Assembly: GCF_964204865.1 (NCBI RefSeq)
Contig: NC_135253.1
Location: forward strand, 16,306,001-16,370,000
Direction of reading: 5' to 3'
Length of the DNA: 64,000 nucleotides
DNA from: Styela clava
Taxonomy: Eukaryota
This document shows positions 60,655-64,000 of this stretch, one piece after another (within the stretch, counting starts at the first letter, position 1; every line of letters starts with the position of its first letter). The translations under genes were made by a program, and so were the position numbers. The notes under the pieces were generated by a model. It was not told where the DNA came from and ran no database searches. It worked only from the letters and a program-made list of their open reading frames with translations.

Positions 60655-63525
60655 ATGGAATGCATGGCTTTGGTATGCTGGTATGTGTATCACAACAGTC
60701 TGACAGTGCTTTTCCTACAAAAATATGGAATAAAAACGCTCGTTGACGTAAAGTGGTGATGTTGTAGTAGCCTACTTGTGGTACTAAACCATACTAGACC
60801 CCATGTGGCCTAAACATATTGTTAGCTAGGTTTTTCAATTTGCATTTCAAATTATCATACATGCCATAAGAAACGCCATTTGCCTACTTTCTCCATAACC
60901 TTAGGGTTCACTCAATGAGTGAATACAAGATAAAATTAAAAAATAATGCACAAGATAACTAAATATTAAACAAACTCCATTTCACACAAGCTTCCATTTT
61001 CCCAAGTTCTGATATGTTTCAGTGCTAAGAGTAAGGTACAGTTACTGTTTGCATAATTCGTTTGATTATTACTTTAACTATGAGAAAAACAAAAAATACC
61101 AAATGCGACAAACAAATAGACTAAATTTTACCAATTATCTGGCATACCCGCATACCGTACCGCATTCTGCATAAAGTTATTTCAGTTCAATTCTTTTTCA
61201 GAGGGCTTATTTCATCTAGATCTTTCAACATTTCTTCTACAAAATACTAGTTTTGTCCGCTTTTAAGGAAGAGCAACATCGGGTGTTTTATTTCCGAGTA
61301 TCTCCATAATTTCATGGAAGGTTATTATTAATTAATAACGTGCAGCACCGCCAAAGCAAATAGATATCGGAAGTTTTTAAAAATTAAAGTGGAGAATGTA
61401 TTGCTTGTACCCATACCCGGTAGGTGGTGTTGTGCACTATTACTGCCATGCAATGAGCATATATACATGCTCATTGTGCGATGGGAAACCTTTTCGAATG
61501 AGTGAGCCGAAAATAATATTTTTATCACGAAAAAAATACTGTAGATCAGGGCTTCCCAAACTTTTGAGCTCGCGGCCCCTTTTAATATATTAAAATTTTC
61601 CGCGGCCCTTGTTCACGTTAATAATGCTAAACAGTACTGTAATATGCATTTTTAATATTTTATTGACACAGCTAATTTTCAACTTTTATTAGGCCTACTC
61701 AATAACAAAAACAAGCACATATTTACTCAGATTAACATTACTCAAATATTCAGTGTAATGGGTGCGAATGCTTTTTGCTGCATAGCAAGTCCAGCCGTGG
61801 CTCAATGTTAGTTTACGCAGACCTAAATGATGAATTACGATGTCTGGCCACAGGCCACCGACGGCATGGTTCTTATCCGGAATTGTTACGCACTCTTATT
61901 GATCAAATTTAGCATAAGGCAGCGGTTTGTGCGACGCCAAATTATCAGGGGCAAAACTCGCGGCGCAGCTACACGAAAAATACGCTGCCTCGAAATAAAA
62001 CACAATTTTGTCATCGTTAATGTGTACTTTATGCCTTTTGGGGTTTATAAACATGTAGGCCTAATGAATAAAGGCAAAAGGTTAACTTTTGTTTCCTATC
62101 CCTGCCTGGTTTTCTTTAAAATGCTAAAAAATCACTCATGTTCGATAATCTCGGTTCAGCAAATGAATAAACTGCAGCCTACGAAATTTCAGCTCTTCTG
62201 TTACGCAACAATAGACCGTACGTAACAGAAAGTGAACAACATAGAATGGTATAATGAATTTGAATCATAAACACATCATTTGCAATGATGAGGAAAAATA
62301 ATACATTCAGAATAAATAAAATATGTGAAATATGCAATAATATATTAGTTAATATTTAACACAAATATCCTAATTTTCGAGGCGCACTTAGCAAATCTTA
62401 CGAATAGAATATTCATTGTTATGCAAGCGCGATGATTCAACCGCGTTTCCCCGAAAATTAGACCAAGCCTGAATTCTAAAAAAAGGCCTAAAAAGAGACT
62501 TAGGCGAATTTTTTTTTACCTAGTCCCGTGGTTCACATAGCGCGTCGTTTTAATTTCGCTAGGACGTCGCAAAATTTTGTGATTCGTGAACCTTTCAAAC
62601 AACCCATATCTTCTACTTTTACTGAAAAAAGTAAGATTAAATAATAAAGTTTAAAGTTAATAAAGTTTTGATAAAGATTATAAAGCTTAATTCTGAAAAT
62701 TCGGGTTTCTGTAGATAAAGGTTATTTTTCCTTGGTTCAAAAAGCGTTGCGCACTCCCATCCCCTTCGCGATTTCGTATTTATATAAAGCAGGCTTTTCT
62801 ACCAGGGCCCATTAAATGTGATTTCACTGACTGTCGGTGAGTTTTGTTTGTTCGTTTATATTAAACTTATTGCAAAAAAGGTCTTTTATTGAAAGGTATG
62901 AATACGTATTTTCACGGGGAGCCGCAACTTGAGCATATTTTTGGAGGGCGTCAAAATGCAATGTTCGAGAACCACCAATAAGTCTTAGTCCATAGCAATA
63001 AATTTTTGCTACTTTTTAAATGGTTGATAATCTTTATGTAGCAGTTTTTTTTAATGAAAGCGTGCTATTTATAAGTAAATGGAAATCGGTATTCATATTT
63101 GGCATAAAAAATCTCGTTATTCTCAAAAGCACCCACAAATAAGCCGTAGTGTTATTTTTAAAGAAAATCGAAGACACCGTCTTATTTTCGGGGAAACACG
63201 GTATGATGATGTATGTATTCGCTCGTAATCGTGAAATTTTTGTTGTTACACTATTTTCAATAATTGTATTTCGAATCAAGAGTCTGAATTGTGTAAATTT
63301 GGTGTTCTCTTTGCGGCCCCCAAAATTCGTTTCGCGGCCCCTTCGAGGGCCGCGGCCCCTAGTTTACGAAGCCCTGCTGTAGATCATAGATATTTAATTA
63401 ATGTCTGCATAAATGAGAAGCTTGCTGTTTCGTCTTTTCTGCAAGAACATTACACATGCAGCACTAATATCATGGCGGAGGTGATTTCCGGACATCGATT
63501 TTACGAAATGGATGCTCGAGATCAG
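60655..63525 (+). CDS. Possible 5' exons of an unknown gene divergent from PPOX (runs off the window)
   Basis: Phase-compatible exons 60655-60680, 61268-61320 and 63446-63525 give MECMALVCWKSNIGCFISEYLHNFMEEHYTCSTNIMAEVISGHRFYEMDARDQ. Both acceptors are AAG; no homology recognised. Confidence 0.25.
61547..63376. mobile_element. hAT (Buster-type) non-autonomous element, 1.83 kb
   Basis: TIRs cagggcttcccaaact / agtttacgaagccctg; TSD CTGTAGAT at 61539-61546 and 63377-63384; subterminal gcggcccc repeats. Confidence 0.88.
62441..63201. mobile_element. Tc1/pogo-like MITE nested in the hAT element
   Basis: TIRs ccgcgtttccccgaaaattagac / gtcttattttcggggaaacacgg followed by TA. Confidence 0.7.
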
Positions 63526-64000
63526 GTATTCGCATACATATAAATTACCGAAAAACGTTTATAATGCTTTTGCCAATTTTTTCCAATACCTTTAAAAGAG
63601 TTCAGAAAGAATTTCATTTTGATGGAGAGAGAGATTTAGTATTACAAACAAATTCAACCCCTCAACAAATTCAACACTGATACATACGAATCAACAAAAA
63701 ACAAGAGAGCTATGCTCATATATATGGACACGTAGAGTCACATAATTTTGATGACGTCATAGCGAAAAATAAAGTAATAGACTTCTGGAAAAAATTGTTA
63801 TCTTTAACCACTGAAAATTTTAAAGCAATTGGTCCAGTATTTGAAGAGAGAAGCGATTTCTTCAAAACGTTGACGGAGATAAATAATAACAATAACAACA
63901 AAATTTTGAAACGATCGTTATGTCCACTACGTGTCCAATAATTCAATCTATTGATCATTATGTGTGAGGGTAGTATGCAAGTATGTATTAAAGTTAGTAC

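Overview
AT-rich eukaryotic nuclear DNA with short GT-AG introns and tightly packed genes. The organisation fits an invertebrate chordate such as an ascidian tunicate; that assignment is inference. I could rebuild nine genes with consistent exon phases: POLR2J and ZNF277 (both intronless), IDH1 (9 coding exons), POLE2 (14), an SNX19-like sorting nexin (9), ZSWIM7 (5, absent from the ORF track), and intronless CCDC142, BTB-BACK-BACK-Kelch and PPOX. Highlights: (1) IDH1 ends in the readthrough context TGA-CTAG followed by an in-frame extension LGHQPKL-stop, predicting a cryptic peroxisomal (PTS1) isoform. (2) A 7.2-kb Foldback-type transposon has a perfect 9-bp target-site duplication and inverted arms built from 72-bp tandem repeats; these repeats explain the long repetitive ORFs. 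(3) Two same-strand gene runs have orphan splice acceptors just upstream of the ATGs, consistent with SL trans-spliced operons, and are rich in intronless housekeeping genes. hAT, Tc1/mariner-like, Helentron-like and SINE elements are abundant, and two decayed gene remnants are likely present.
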